From: Octopus bimaculoides
Lineage: Eukaryota
Direction of reading: 5' to 3'
DNA length: 40,808 nt
Assembly: GCF_001194135.2 (NCBI RefSeq)
Contig: NC_069006.1
Span: 26,162,754-26,203,561, forward strand
In this document: positions 20,960-34,108 of the stretch, in pieces
Layout of the letters: each line of letters starts with the position of its first letter
Numbering within the stretch: position 1 is the stretch's first letter
Notes under the pieces: model-generated
Told to the model about the DNA's origin: nothing
The model's database searches: none
The model's input: the letters and a program-made list of their open reading frames with translations, nothing else
Position numbers and translations under genes: made by a program

Positions 20960-22359
20960 TATTATTATTGAATAAATATTAAGATGGCATTTCAGAGAAG
21001 ATAACACACGAGTTTGTTTATTTGATATGTGTGTCTTTGTGTTGTTGAACGACCAGACTATAATTGTCAAGTGTTCTCATGGATGAATACGTTATATTGT
21101 CAATGGATCCTCATCGATGAGGCTTTTGTAGATGAAGATCTGCCGTTGGAAAGCCATGCTGACCAACTAACTTACTGCAGACAGAGTTTTCATGAAAGGA
21201 GCTCTTGAAAACAATACAATTGCAATTATTTTCGAAATGGAATTATAACGGTCGTTTTCCAGAGACATCAGTTCAAATGTTTACTTAATACCAGCAAACA
21301 ATTAGGAAAATATGCAGAGTAAATTATTCGCCCCCACACTACTACCACCCCTACACACATATTCACACACACCTGGCTTATTGAAAAGTCAATTGACAAT
21401 GTGAAAGAGAATAAGAGTTCGGTGTGGTCGTCATTGAGAGGGGAAATACTGAAGGTGTTTCGAATAATAAATACTGAATAACATTGGTCTCAGGAGTCAG
21501 CCTTGAGGGAGACTGTAATAATGAGTGGGATAGCAGAGAGAAGGAGGGAGGGAGGGAGGGAGGAAGGGATGGAGGTGGTGAAAGAAAGAGAGAGAAAGAG
21601 AGAAGGAGTGAGAGAAAGAGAGGGTAGAGGTCAAAGAGAGAGAGAGAGAGAAAGTAAAATAAAGAGNNNNNNNNNNNNNNNNNNNNNNNNNNNNNNNNNN
21701 NNNNNNNNNNNNNNNNNNNNNNNNNNNNNNNNNNNNNNNNNNNNNNNNNNNNNNNNNNNNNNNNNNNNNNNNNNNNNNNNNNNNNNNNNNNNNNNNNNNN
21801 NNNNNNNNNNNNNNNNNNNNNNNNNNNNGCCATTCCACGTTTCATTTACAATGGCATGGCACCGTCACCTGACATTCTTTTCTAAAACCCAAAAACTTAA
21901 GACAAGAAAATGCTTTTATAAGAATTGTCTTCGTTTCTTTCAGCAAAAACTTTCTCAAAAAAATGTGTGATGTTGGTCTGTAAACATCAATGAAAACGTT
22001 TAGTAAAAGAAATGAGAAATTGTCACTAAATTACTACAGGGAAGGAATCAAACCAACAGCAGAACTTCTATGTAGTTGGCGTACTTGTTAGAAATAGCAG
22101 CTAACTCTCCCTCAAACTGCATGTTGCCATTTTCAAAATTCAAAGATACAATGGATGAAGTAGTAACAGATATTCAAAGAGATGAAATAATTTCAACAGA
22201 TGGAATGACTGATTATAAGTTAGCCACATCAAGAATAGCCTGGAGTTAAACAAGTGGGGTTGTGATAATAACACCAGATATCAATGTAAATGATATGTTA
22301 TGAAGAATCAATAAACTGTAATGCACCTGAACATTGTATATGATAAGCACATTATTACC

Positions 22360-22383
22360 ATCATCATCATCATTATTATTATT

Positions 22384-22417
<34 letters not shown>

Positions 22418-22913
22418 AGTGAGAGAGCAGAGCATGCCATCAAGTGACACTGAGGTATAAATATACGAAGCCCATTCTACCCATTATGACTACCCGTCTG
22501 ATAAGGGTACACCAGGCACATGCATCACAACTATATGTGCATGACATGGTGATCTCATATCAAGATAAACAGCTCATGACCTTGCAGGTGGGGCCCAGTT
22601 AGAATTTTCTTCAGGTCGAGTAGTCCATCCCGCTCAAAAGGTCCCTGAATATGATTTGTTTAAGGATGGTGAACAAAACACCCGTGTTTCCAGAGGTGAA
22701 TTATTCAAACCCCAAAGAATTCCTCTCAGCACATGGCTCTGATGCTCCCCCACTACTTCTGCTCATGATCAGAGGTGCACATATCGTCAGCCACCAAGGG
22801 ACATGCTCAACTGGTTACGGTCAAACAACTGACAAGCAAATCTGTGGTATTGAGCTGAATCTTTGCAATCAGTTAAGATCAGAAGCCATGAGAGCCAATG
22901 CCAGGTACTGCAT
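22360..22913 (-). mobile_element. ~500-bp unclassified retroposon with (AAT)n tail
   Basis: A high-complexity block bounded on both sides by ATT-type tracts, with no convincing coding ORF. I recall it as an abundant octopus interspersed repeat, but there is a single copy in this window, so the classification is unverified. Confidence 0.55.
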
Positions 22914-22964
22914 ATTATTATTATTATGATTATTATTATTATTATTATTACAATTAAAGTGGTG

Positions 22965-23262
22965 AAGACAGTGAGCTGACAGAATCATTGTCACACTGGG
23001 CAAAATGCTAAGCAGTATTTCATCTGCTGCTACGTTCCGAGTTCTAATATGGTTTGTTTGTCTGTGTTTGTCCCTGCCACCATCGCTTGACAACCGATGT
23101 TGGTGTGTTTACATCACTGCAACATAGCGGTTCGGCAAAAGAGACTGATGGAGTAAGTACTAGGCTTACAAAGAATAAGTCCTGGGGTTGATTTGTTCGA
23201 CTAAGGGTGGTGCTCTAGTATGGCCACAGTCAAATGACTGAAACAAGTAAAAGAATAAAAGA
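22965..23262 (+). mobile_element. SINE family A head (22965-23046) fused to family B 3' half (23050-23262)
   Basis: GACAGTGAGCTGACAGAATC..GGGCAAAATGCTAAGCAGTATTTC..TACGTTCCGAGTTC, then GTTTGTCCC..CCATCGCTTGACAACCGATG..GACTGAAACAAGTAAAAGAATAAAAG. Confidence 0.8.
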
Positions 23263-23265
23263 ATA

Positions 23266-23468
<203 letters not shown>

Positions 23469-24704
23469 ACTTGTAAATATTAATTGGCTTCAATAAAATT
23501 CATAGTAAATATTTTTGTAAGAAATATTCCTGTCCAAAGTTTTACAACAGATATATTGGTTCGTATATTTCTGACTGTATATATGAACATATGTCTATGT
23601 ATACATATAAATGTGTGTGTGTGAAAGAGAGAGAGAGTGTGTGTAAGTGTGTGTGTGTGTGCACAGGATTCTAGAAGTGTATGATATATTAACAAATGTG
23701 TGTGTGTGTGTGTGTGTGAGAGAAAGAGAAAAAGAGAGAGAGAGTGTGTGTGTGTGTGTGTGTGTGTGTATGCACACGATTCTATATATTAATGTATGGT
23801 ATATCAACAAATGCATGTGTGTGTGTGTGTGTGTGTCTATGGATGTGTTTGTGATTGTGTATATACACCTGTGCATGTATATATATACACACACCTGTAT
23901 ACTTGTATGTGTGTGTTTCATGAGACCAGTGATCCCCTTCTGAGCGATTGATCAGTCATTGGTTAATAGATCAGTTTGTAATTAAGTCAAAACTCCCCAA
24001 CTCACGCTTCTCTTTTACGCCTCTTTGAATTAATCAAACGCAATAACGAACCAATTATAAATTCATAACTGATTGCTTTCTGAATTTTATCACCCAATTT
24101 CCTCCAGAAATTCAACTCCATCTTCTTCATATTGTTTTTATTTTGATTTGTTTGATTTTTTTTTTTTTTTTTTTTTTTATTATCCTCTCTTCTTTTTATT
24201 TGTTGTTTTCTCAAAGCCATTGGTTCCTGTAAGAATATTTAGCTGTAGCTTTAGTTAACCATTCCTTGCTCCAAAGCCATTCTGAAGACAAAGTAAGAGG
24301 AAAATTCTAGCAAAGAAGTAAACATTCACCCACACATCAGCACACACACACAAATCCTCCACCGTCACAACCACCATCACCACTGCCACCGCCACCACGA
24401 TATTGTTTATCCCCCCATCCCTGCCCACCCCCCACCTCCCTACCAAGGTANNNNNNNNNNNNNNNNNNNNNNNNNNNNNNNNNNNNNNNNNNNNNNNNNN
24501 NNNNNNNNNNNNNNNNNNNNNNNNNNNNNNNNNNNNNNNNNNNNNNNNNNNNNNNNNNNNNNNNNNNNNNNNNNNNNNNNNNNNNNNNNNNNNNNNNNNN
24601 NNNNNNAGGGGGATTGTTGCTGCTTCACTAGAATTTCTGGTTTTTTACAGTGTGGATGTAGGTTGAGGAGGAGGAGTGAGAAGTTTCTAAAAGATTGGTG
24701 GCGC

Positions 24705-24705
<1 letters not shown>

Positions 24706-24765
<60 letters not shown>

Positions 24766-25297
24766 TTTCGAATTTTGGAGAAGGAGGTCGATTATTTTAT
24801 TGACCTCAAGAGGGGATGAAAGGTAAAGTCGATCTCAGTAGTATTTGAACCCAGCACATAAAGATGGAAGAAATTCAGCTAAGCATTTTGCGTGCTGTGA
24901 TAACAATTCCAGCAGTTCACTGCCTTCTTGATAATGATAACAATAAAAGGTTGATAATTTCAAAGGAGGTGAGGATGAGTCGATTACATCGACCCCCAGT
25001 ATTGAACTGGTACTTATTTTGTCAACCCTGAAATGATGGAAAGCAAAGCCAACCTTGGCAGAATTTGAACTCAGAACGTAAGGATGGATGAAATGCCAGT
25101 AAGCATTTTGCTAACGATTCTGCCATAATAACAATAATAATAATAATAATGGTTTCAAATTTTGCCACAAGGGCAGCAATTTTGGGGAAGGGGACGAGTT
25201 GATTACATCAACCCCAGTACTCAACTGGTACTTGATTTATCGACCCCGAAAGGACGAAAGGATGAAAGTTGACCTTGGCAGAATTTGAACTCAGAAC
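24706..25297 (-). mobile_element. Three consecutive same-orientation SINE family A copies with (AAT)n tracts
   Basis: (AAT)~19 at 24706-24763. Copies at ~24764-24926, ~24950-25124 and ~25151-25297 (the last 5'-truncated). Each contains a variant of GCAGAATTTGAACTCAGAAC. Confidence 0.85.
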
Positions 25298-27060
25298 AAA
25301 TAGTAAGATCAACAGTCTTGATGGTGCATACACCTGGCTTCTCCTGAAATTCCTTATGTGCCATGCTGTAAAGAACCCGAAATCCTTGGGGCTGTGATCC
25401 CTCAACTGTCAATAAAACAGGTACCCATAGAAAAGCCTGTTGAATATTTATGACTGGTCCCAATTGATTAGAGAACAACTAAAGACAGACGAATGGGAAA
25501 CCATCTCCATGGTATCGTCACATGACATGATGGTCGTCTTGGAGTGATTAGAACATCAGAAAAACGCACCATCTTGTGTGTATTTATCAACCCTACCACC
25601 AGCCAATGCCAGTTTCTTAGCTAGAGACTTGGCCAAAATCTATATTTCTGCACTTAACAGAATTATAGACTCCTAACTTGTTATCAAATCTAATATGTTC
25701 GAGCAGAGTTAGATCCATTCAGTACCATTTCTCCTTTGCTCAGTTCATCATTTGACGGTCTCCTGTATTTGGTGAACAAAATGAAAAGAATGCTAGCCAT
25801 TGGCTGAAGATGCTTCCCCCACCTCAATCACTTTTGCCACGTAATTATTCTCGGTTAGTAAACTTAATGCAAGGAGACTTAAAAAGCTAAAAGCTAACAC
25901 TAGTTTAACCACAGTTTTTATCGTTAGGTTTACATGATATTCAGCAGAACAGATGAAAAGGACACATTTCTGTGCACGAGAAAGATTGGGGGTAAAGTGA
26001 CAGAGTAAGGAAAAGGGATTTGGGGAGAGGAAAATGTTAAATTCGCTTGATTCTGTGTCCTGCAATTTACTGCTATGAACATCAGCTATTTACAATTCTA
26101 ATAACTGATGAAATAGCCATAAATTTATATCAGGAGAAAATATTTTTATCCATAAAAATGTAATATTTCTATGTGTATCAAATACACACTTTCTTGTATT
26201 TTCTTAGAACACTGTAAGAAACCATTTCCAGTTCTAAGAAGACAAAATATTTCCAAGGTTGGAAATTATAGCCATGGAACTGATCTTCTTTGCAATAGGT
26301 TACTTTAGATTAATTCTTTACCATTCGGAAATCTGCATTTAAAATTTGACCAGTGTAACAAATCTACCCTGGTATTGTGTTTTTACCTCTCAAGACTAAT
26401 TTCCATGTATTTTACTTGAAAAGAAGAAATACATAATAGAGTTGTGACGGAAGGAAGAAACGGCAGCAACTTAATCAGATTCTTGTTTCTGTTTTTTTCA
26501 CTTTTTCTAATTTCTTTGCGTTCCTTTCACATTACTCAGAGAATTTAGCGTTGGTGACATTTCAAAGAGATTTCTTCCCCAAGATTTATGTTGGACAGGA
26601 AAATGGAGATAATCAAAGGATTAGCTGTGTACAGGTGCTCAGACATTCATCGATCACTTGTAATCAAGTGCGATTATTATTAAAATGCATCGTATCATTA
26701 CGACTGTAATAACTGGACGACTATGAAGTCAGTGTTCAAACAATGATGACGACCTCAGCAGGATGATGGGGTGAGTGACGAGGGGGGAGAGGGAAATGGT
26801 GCGTGTTAAGAAGCTGGGTGTGTTTGATTGAATGTATGAATATATATACTCAAACGGGCAATTATGTATGTGTGTGTGCATGATATTATATATATATATA
26901 TANNNNNNNNNNNNNNNNNNNNNNNNNNNNNNNNNNNNNNNNNNNNNNNNNNNNNNNNNNTATATATATTTAATGTCTTCTTTCCAATGCTAGCATGGCT
27001 TGATAAAATATATATGCATTTACATATATATATATATATATATATTTATGTATATCGTCA

Positions 27061-27246
27061 TGGCACTCCATCAGTTACGACGATGAGGGTTCCAGTTGAT
27101 CTGATCAACAGACAGCCTGCTCGTGAAATTAATGTACAAGTGGCTGAGTACTCCACAGACATGTGTACCCTTAACGTAGTTCTTGGGGAGATTCAGTGTG
27201 ACACAGAGTGTGACAAGGCTGCCCCTTTTTGAAATACAGGTACAAC
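27061..27246 (-). mobile_element. SINE family C, 3' part
   Basis: GGCACTCC.TC.GTTACGACGATGAGGGTTCCAGTTGATC..CAGCCTGCTCGTGAAATTAA..GACAAGGCTGCCCCTTTTTGAAATACAGGTACAAC. I recall it as the 3' part of the SINE whose head is at 28361-28453; this link is not demonstrable within the window. Confidence 0.6.
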
Positions 27247-28360
27247 AGAAACAGGAAGAAAGAATGAGAGAAAGTTGTGGTGAAAGAGTACAATATTTTC
27301 TTGATACACTATTAGCAAAAAAAAAAAAAAAAAATCAATTTTTGTCATCTTCATTGATAATTAAATAGTTTAAACGCTTTGTTTATTAAAGAAATGACAC
27401 CAGATGAGGATGAAGAATATTAATGATAAAAATTAGGCATTGATTTAAATACAAATTATTTATTTAATTTCTGAAATAATCCTCAATGAATTCATTATGA
27501 TTTTAAAAAGTCACAAAAGAACAGTTTTGTGTCATTTTCCTTTTTTTTTTTCAATCTTTCATGAAGAAAACATTTATCGATCATAATGAATGGGGGATAA
27601 AATTTTGTACAAAATTTCATTTTGCAGTAAATAAAAAAGAAATAATATTTTTAATCGATGACTTGTTGCAATTAAACTTAATTTGTATTTTTGATATTTT
27701 AGTGAATGTTACATCAGAAGATTAACGAGTCCGTTACAGAAACTAATATCGTGGCAATGTTACAAGAAAATAAATTCATTAAATTGTGCACGTAATTAAG
27801 CAACCTTAGTGATCATGCAGTCGTAAAATTATTATTAACTTGGAAATACAGCTTTTTCTCAAAGAGTAAGATCTAGTTATGATTAAAGATGCTAATCTAT
27901 GGTTATTAATATCAGCCAGTAAACATGGATTGTTTTTAAGAAATAGTAGTGAAGATTACAGAAGATTACGGCACAGTGAAACAAGAAATAGGAATAAGAG
28001 AAAGTTCCAGAAAAAAGAAAAAAAAAATGATGATGATGATGATAATTTCATTTATTTGCCACCAGGGCAAAATATGAGGACAACAATACAAAGACAAGAT
28101 GTTGGGGGTTTACATATAATGAAATGATAGAAAAGTATAAACGGTGTACAATGAAGAGGAATGGAAAGATACAGAGTATAGAAAAGTCTAAAGAAAAAGA
28201 AAAAGAAAAAATGGGAGGGGGTGAGGGTGAGAGATGTCATCCTCCTGATGCAGGGTGACCTCTAGGGATAATTGAGGAACCCCACTGTCAGAGATTTCCC
28301 TGAACACCAACAGCAAATACCCACCCAATTTTATTCTCCCCAACTCACAGCTCTACACTT

Positions 28361-28453
28361 GGTTTCAATTCCTGGACCAGGCAATGTGTTGTGTCCTTGA
28401 GCAAGACACTTCATTTCACATTGCTTCAGTCCACTCAATTGGCAAAAATGAGT
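28361..28453 (+). mobile_element. SINE family C head/core fragment
   Basis: Box-B-like GGTTTCAATTCC, then TGTTGTGTCCTTGAGCAAGACACTTCATTTCACATTGCT, a conserved-core type motif also present at 39125-39170. Confidence 0.7.
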
Positions 28454-28664
28454 TTAAACTGCAGAAGGATGGACTCCGCCAGGTTTTTTCACCCTAGATA
28501 TGCAGCATGGCTGTAGTGCCCTAATGACCCCCAAAGGGTTAGGGAACACGTCAATTGTCAATATTAGTACAATATCTTGAAAGATATGGTGTTACTAGAG
28601 CATGATCCCAGGTAAGTTTTCTGTTAATATATCCAGGTGCTTCACAAGGGACAGGAAGACATTT

Positions 28665-28686
28665 CACACACACACACACACACACA

Positions 28687-28724
<38 letters not shown>
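28665..28724. repeat. (CA)12-CG-(TG)17 spacerless inverted microsatellite
   Basis: Direct reading: cacacacacacacacacacacacacg tgtgtgtg... Confidence 0.95.
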
Positions 28725-28727
<3 letters not shown>

Positions 28728-29565
28728 AGGCGTTTGTAATATAAAGTATGGAAGTCAGCAATATTGAGTATGGCTTCCATGAATCCGGATATCAAAATTC
28801 TGGAAGCCGTTATGGTTCATTTGGCACTGGAATACAAAAAAAAAAACAACAAAACAAAATGAAAAATCTTGCCAGCTTCTTTGTGTGTCTTTTTTTTTTT
28901 TTAAATCTCTGCTTTCCATTAATTGTCTGAAACCAATGTTGAATCGTGAACAGCTAATTAGGGCTGCGGAAGCAGAAGTAAGAATGCATGCCTTTAGCCT
29001 GCTGACGTCGCTGGTCAACATTGCCCGTTATGTAGCGGCAGCAGCAGCAGTGGCAGCAGTTGTTGTTTGTTATCTAATCATTGTTCTTCTCATTCTTATT
29101 TAAGAAATTTAATTATCTAGTTTGCTCATTCTTCTATTCCAACAAAACCACCACCACCACCATTATTATTATCATTATTGTTGTTGTTGTTATTATCCCA
29201 AGGCAGCCATTCATCCCAATTAATCAGAATCAATGCCCCAATTCACACTCATTCGCTCAATCAACCGTTCAGCCAGTTTTATCTCCACTGGTCTTTGTTT
29301 TGTTGTTGTTGTTGGGGGTAGGTTGTATTTTCCTGCAATTTCTTTTCATTTATTTGAATGGTTTTTTTCTTGTTTTTATTTTCATTTTATTTCTTATTTG
29401 TTTACATTTTACTTGTTTTTGTTGTTTTTCTTTTTCTCACCCCCACCCCTCCAATTTCTCTGTTTTTCAAATGAACAAAACATAATTATCATATTAAATG
29501 ATTCTTAAACACATACACCAATTTAAAACAAATATATGCATACATACATAAATACATATGTGTGC

Positions 29566-29612
<47 letters not shown>

Positions 29613-30068
29613 TACACATTTACACAAGTATATATATATACAAGTGTGTGAGTATGCATATATATATGTATGTATATGTATCTGTGTTTGTGTGAGTGTG
29701 TATGCAAACACACATATTTACAAATGTATACACATACATTATATATGTGCATACACACATGTAATTATATGTATATGTTATATAAAACAATTACATGTGA
29801 GTGTGTGTGTGTTTCTATTAATACATGTGTATATGGTGTTTATATGTTCACATAAGTATACACACAAGCACACGTGTGTGTGTGTGTGTATTGTGAGGGC
29901 TGGGCAAAGGCTCACAGATCCATGTAAGCGCTAATGATGTTGCTGATGACAACGATAATGATGATGATACATGTGAAACGATCCACAAAGGCATAAATCT
30001 ATGTCTTTTTAATGGTGACCTGTTCACATGGCCCGGGGGCAAGATTACTTCTTCCAGTGATTCCCTCC

Positions 30069-30158
30069 TATAAAAGAGACTCACTTATATCTGTCTTTGT
30101 GGCATTCTTTGGTTCCCTTCTCTTTTACTGGTGCTTCCAGAATCCATTTCTGGTAAGT
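30069..30158 (+). promoter_or_regulatory. TATA-like box followed by acceptor and donor signals (candidate core promoter/first exon, or 12-nt microexon)
   Basis: TATAAAAG at 30069-30076. A pyrimidine tract ends in CCAG at 30137-30140. Perfect donor TG|GTAAGT at 30153. Confidence 0.35.
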
Positions 30159-31217
30159 GGTCCTTTCTTTTTGCATTGCATAACGCATACGTGTGTGTGT
30201 GTGTGTGTGAATGTCTTTGTCTTTTTTTATTTCATTTCATATATATGTATGAATGTATGTATATGGAAATATATGCATATATATATGTGTGTGTGTGTGT
30301 ATGTGTGTACATAGATATGTGTACATGTGTAAACATACGTGTGTGTATGTATGTATATATATACATATATATATATACATACATACACATATATACGCAC
30401 ATGTGTGTGTGTAAAAATATATACATACATATACATACATGCATATATATGTACATATATATATATATACACATGGGTGTGTGTGTATATTATATAAATA
30501 TGTATATATGTACACTACACCCCCACCCACACGCACATAAGACATTAATTATTTTATATGTTTATTCATTAGCTTTAACTGGCTTCCGCTACTAGGTTGT
30601 GGCCATACTACAGCACTTGCTTCATGGCTTTTAGTTCTGTCAATCACACCCATACCCCAGTCATTTTCAGCCAGGTATTCATTTTATCATTCTATACTTA
30701 TCAACTGTCTCAGTATCACCTTTTCCATGCTAATGATATAAAACTCAACACACACACACTCACATACATGTCTACACATATTCATTTACATAAACACACA
30801 TGCATACAAACATCTGCACATTTTCCTCTCTCTGTTTGTTTTCTCTTCTCATTTCTTTCTGTTGAAAAGCATAAGCTTGAAACATCAAAGATTTTTATTT
30901 TCCCTAAGTGTCAAACTAATATGTCATGTTTGTTGTCCACTTACCTGCCTCTGTCTTTTGTATAATTCTGATATATACATACATACATACATACATACAG
31001 ATTACAAGTTCAGGTTTATGACTGGTCATTGAGGCCCTGGGATATCTAGCACACTGCCTAAATACCAATCTTGAGGAATGAGGCTTCTCAAAACCAGAAA
31101 GGAGAAAGCTAATTCGAAAACTACAGATCCAATCCATCACTGAAACTGTAAAAATCAGTAAAACTTTCCAGAAGTTTATCATTTAAATATATATTAGCAT
31201 GTCTAGATGAGCAACTA

Positions 31218-31270
<53 letters not shown>

Positions 31271-31273
<3 letters not shown>

Positions 31274-31470
31274 TTTGTGTCTTTGTTTGTCTCCCACCAC
31301 TGCTTGACATCCGGTGTTGGTGTGTTTACATCCCCATAACTAAAAAGTTCAGCAAAAGAGACTGATAGAATAAGTACTAGGCTTAAGAAAAAAAGTACCT
31401 TTGACTATGAAAATTCAAGGCAGTGCCCCAGCATGGCCACAGTCTTTTGACTGAAACAAGTTAAAAGATA
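31271..31470 (+). mobile_element. SINE family B 3' half following (TG)n (31219-31272)
   Basis: CCACCACTGCTTGACATCCGGTGTTGGTGTGTTTACATCCCC..GCAAAAGAGACTGATAGAATAAGTACTAGGC..CAGCATGGCCACAG..GACTGAAACAAG. Confidence 0.85.
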
Positions 31471-32624
31471 AACGATGCCTTCCACTTCTTTTTTATTTAG
31501 AAAATAAGAAACTAAGAAACTTGTTGCACACGGTGCTCAGGTGCACCACAATGCATCAGAAAAAATATTGAAAAGTGCATGAAGTGTGCATAGAATGATG
31601 CACAGGAAGTGAACAGTGAAAGAGTTGTTTAGAAGAAAAGAAAAATGAGTGGAGAGATTGAGAGAGAGAGGGGGGAGGGGGAGAGATTACTTCAATACAT
31701 ACGAGTACACATAACCTCATTCGTTGATCGAAGACTGAAAAGTCCTCTTGTATTCTCTGCTGCCGGCCAATGCGCTGGGTGTTGTTGGTCAACTTGTGGC
31801 CCTTAAGTTCTATAATTTAACAGTTTGACCAAACAGACATTGAGAAACAAACAAGTACTAAGCTCAACAGGATTCACTAAAAATATGTCAAAGCTGGTGC
31901 TCCGGCATGGTCACAGTCCAATAACTGAAACTAGTAAAGGAACAGAAAAAAAAGGTTATTTAAGCCGATTCCTGAAATAATCGAAAGCCAAGCTTCTCTG
32001 TTGGCCATTCTGTCACAGAACTCGTTTACATATTGGTTACATCAAATTGCAATGTCTGTTGGTGACTGAAGAATGTGTTACAACTGTGAAACTCTTTCGC
32101 AGAGAATTACCTCACCTCAAACCACCTACCTGTATAGGTTCACTTATCTTTTACTCCAAAACATTCAGAGCAATCACTAAATCGTTACCTTCCCTCATTA
32201 AATAGGTGAACTTCTATAGGTAATGTGTTCTGAATGTCGCCCACAGACTGAAGAATGTATCAAACCATAATACTGTGGCTGATTTAGCCGATCTTAGGCG
32301 TAAAATTGTTTTACTTTCAGCATATATTAATACAAACACTGACACACATCGTTCCAACGACCAATATTTTCAGTAGATTTTTGCTATGTTTCGTCAGAAA
32401 TTATAATTTTTTGTGCTTTTCTCATTAACATCTTATCTTTTCATTCCCTCAGACTTTTCTACTTTTGTGTATAAAACACGTATTTCTGTATTAACACACG
32501 TGATGAATATATAATATCAAATACACACACCCGCACAAAAGGCATTCACGTAATACGTTGATATAAAACAATCGCTCAATCGCAAAATACATGCTAGGCC
32601 AAAATAATTCATACCACAACACAT

Positions 32625-32665
32625 TATATATATATATATATATATGTAGCCATATACATATATAT

Positions 32666-32740
<75 letters not shown>
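32625..32740. repeat. (TA)n microsatellite
   Basis: Direct reading. Confidence 0.95.
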
Positions 32741-33580
32741 TTCCTACACATCTATAAATATATATATGTATGTATATGTATATAGTGTGTATGCATATAT
32801 ATATATATAGTAAATCGAAGTAAATATACTATTTTGATATTATATAGTTAATATTGTGTGTGTGTGTGTGTGATTATATATATATGTACTATGAAAATAA
32901 GGACAATGGGTAGGTAGGCATTCCCATTTACCAACCATCAATCCATATTCTAGTAAACCAAACGACAAACAAGAAACAAAACTCCAGCAACACTAAGTTC
33001 ACAATGGAGAATTATTGATTTTAGCGCTGGTGGAAGAGAGTTCGATTCAGCCTTGCCTACATTCTTTACAATCTGCTGTGTAAAAGCTGACAGAGTGACA
33101 ACAATAGCATTTGTTTGGTTAATACAGTATTAATATACATACATTACACACACACACACACAATGTGTTTAGAATTTCTGAATTCCTGTAAACAGAGAAC
33201 AGACTCTTTGTGGCTGTAGAGTTTATGGCATTGGTCTGTCTGTTAGTCACCGCCCACCTCATCGCTGGGTTTTGGTCATATTTTCTCCTTTCTCTCTTTG
33301 TTGATGTTGACTTTTCTTAAATTCCTCCCACCACCACCACTCCACCTACAAACCTATTCCTCCTTTCTCATCTCTCTCTCTCTCTCTCTCTCCTCTTGCT
33401 CTTCCTTCAGATTCCTATACCTGTGGTCATTGATCCTGTCTTGTGTGTTTTATATGAATACACCACCTTTTATTTACACACACACACACACACACACACA
33501 TTTCTACCAGTGTCTACAAGTTGAGAGACATACATTTCTTCACAAGTGTGATTCTATGTATGTGTGTCTGTATATATATA

Positions 33581-33886
33581 TATTCTTTTATTCTTTTATT
33601 TGTTTTGGTCATTTGACTGCGGCCATGCTGGAGCACCACCTTTAGTCAAGCAAATCAACCCCAGGACTTATTCTTTGTAATCCTAGTGCTTACTCTATCA
33701 GTCTCTTTCGCCAAACTGCTAAGTTATGGGACATAAACACACTAACATCGGTTGTCAAGTGATGGTGCGGGGACAAACAAAGACATGCAAACATACACAC
33801 ACATATATATATGACGGGCTTCTTTCAGTTTCCATCTACCAAATCCACTCACAAGGCTTTGGTCAGCCTGAGGCTATAGTAGAAGG
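33581..33886 (-). mobile_element. SINE family B lacking its head
   Basis: Reverse complement of the family tail and core (CATTTGACTGCGGCCATGCTGGAGCACC..GGGCTTCTTTCAGTTTCCATCTACCAAATCCACTCACAAGGC). Confidence 0.92.
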
Positions 33887-34069
33887 TATCTAATTTCCAC
33901 AAATTTATACAGAAACACAACCAGTCGTCACTTGTGGGCAAGCGGGCTTTAGTAATGTGCATGATGCTTTTGAGAATTGATTAAAGTTATAGTGTGGTTC
34001 AAATGTAGACAGAGACAAGGTTTGAAGCCTCATGCCCTTGATGTAGTGGACTGTCCAGAGTGAGACAGC

Positions 34070-34108
<39 letters not shown>

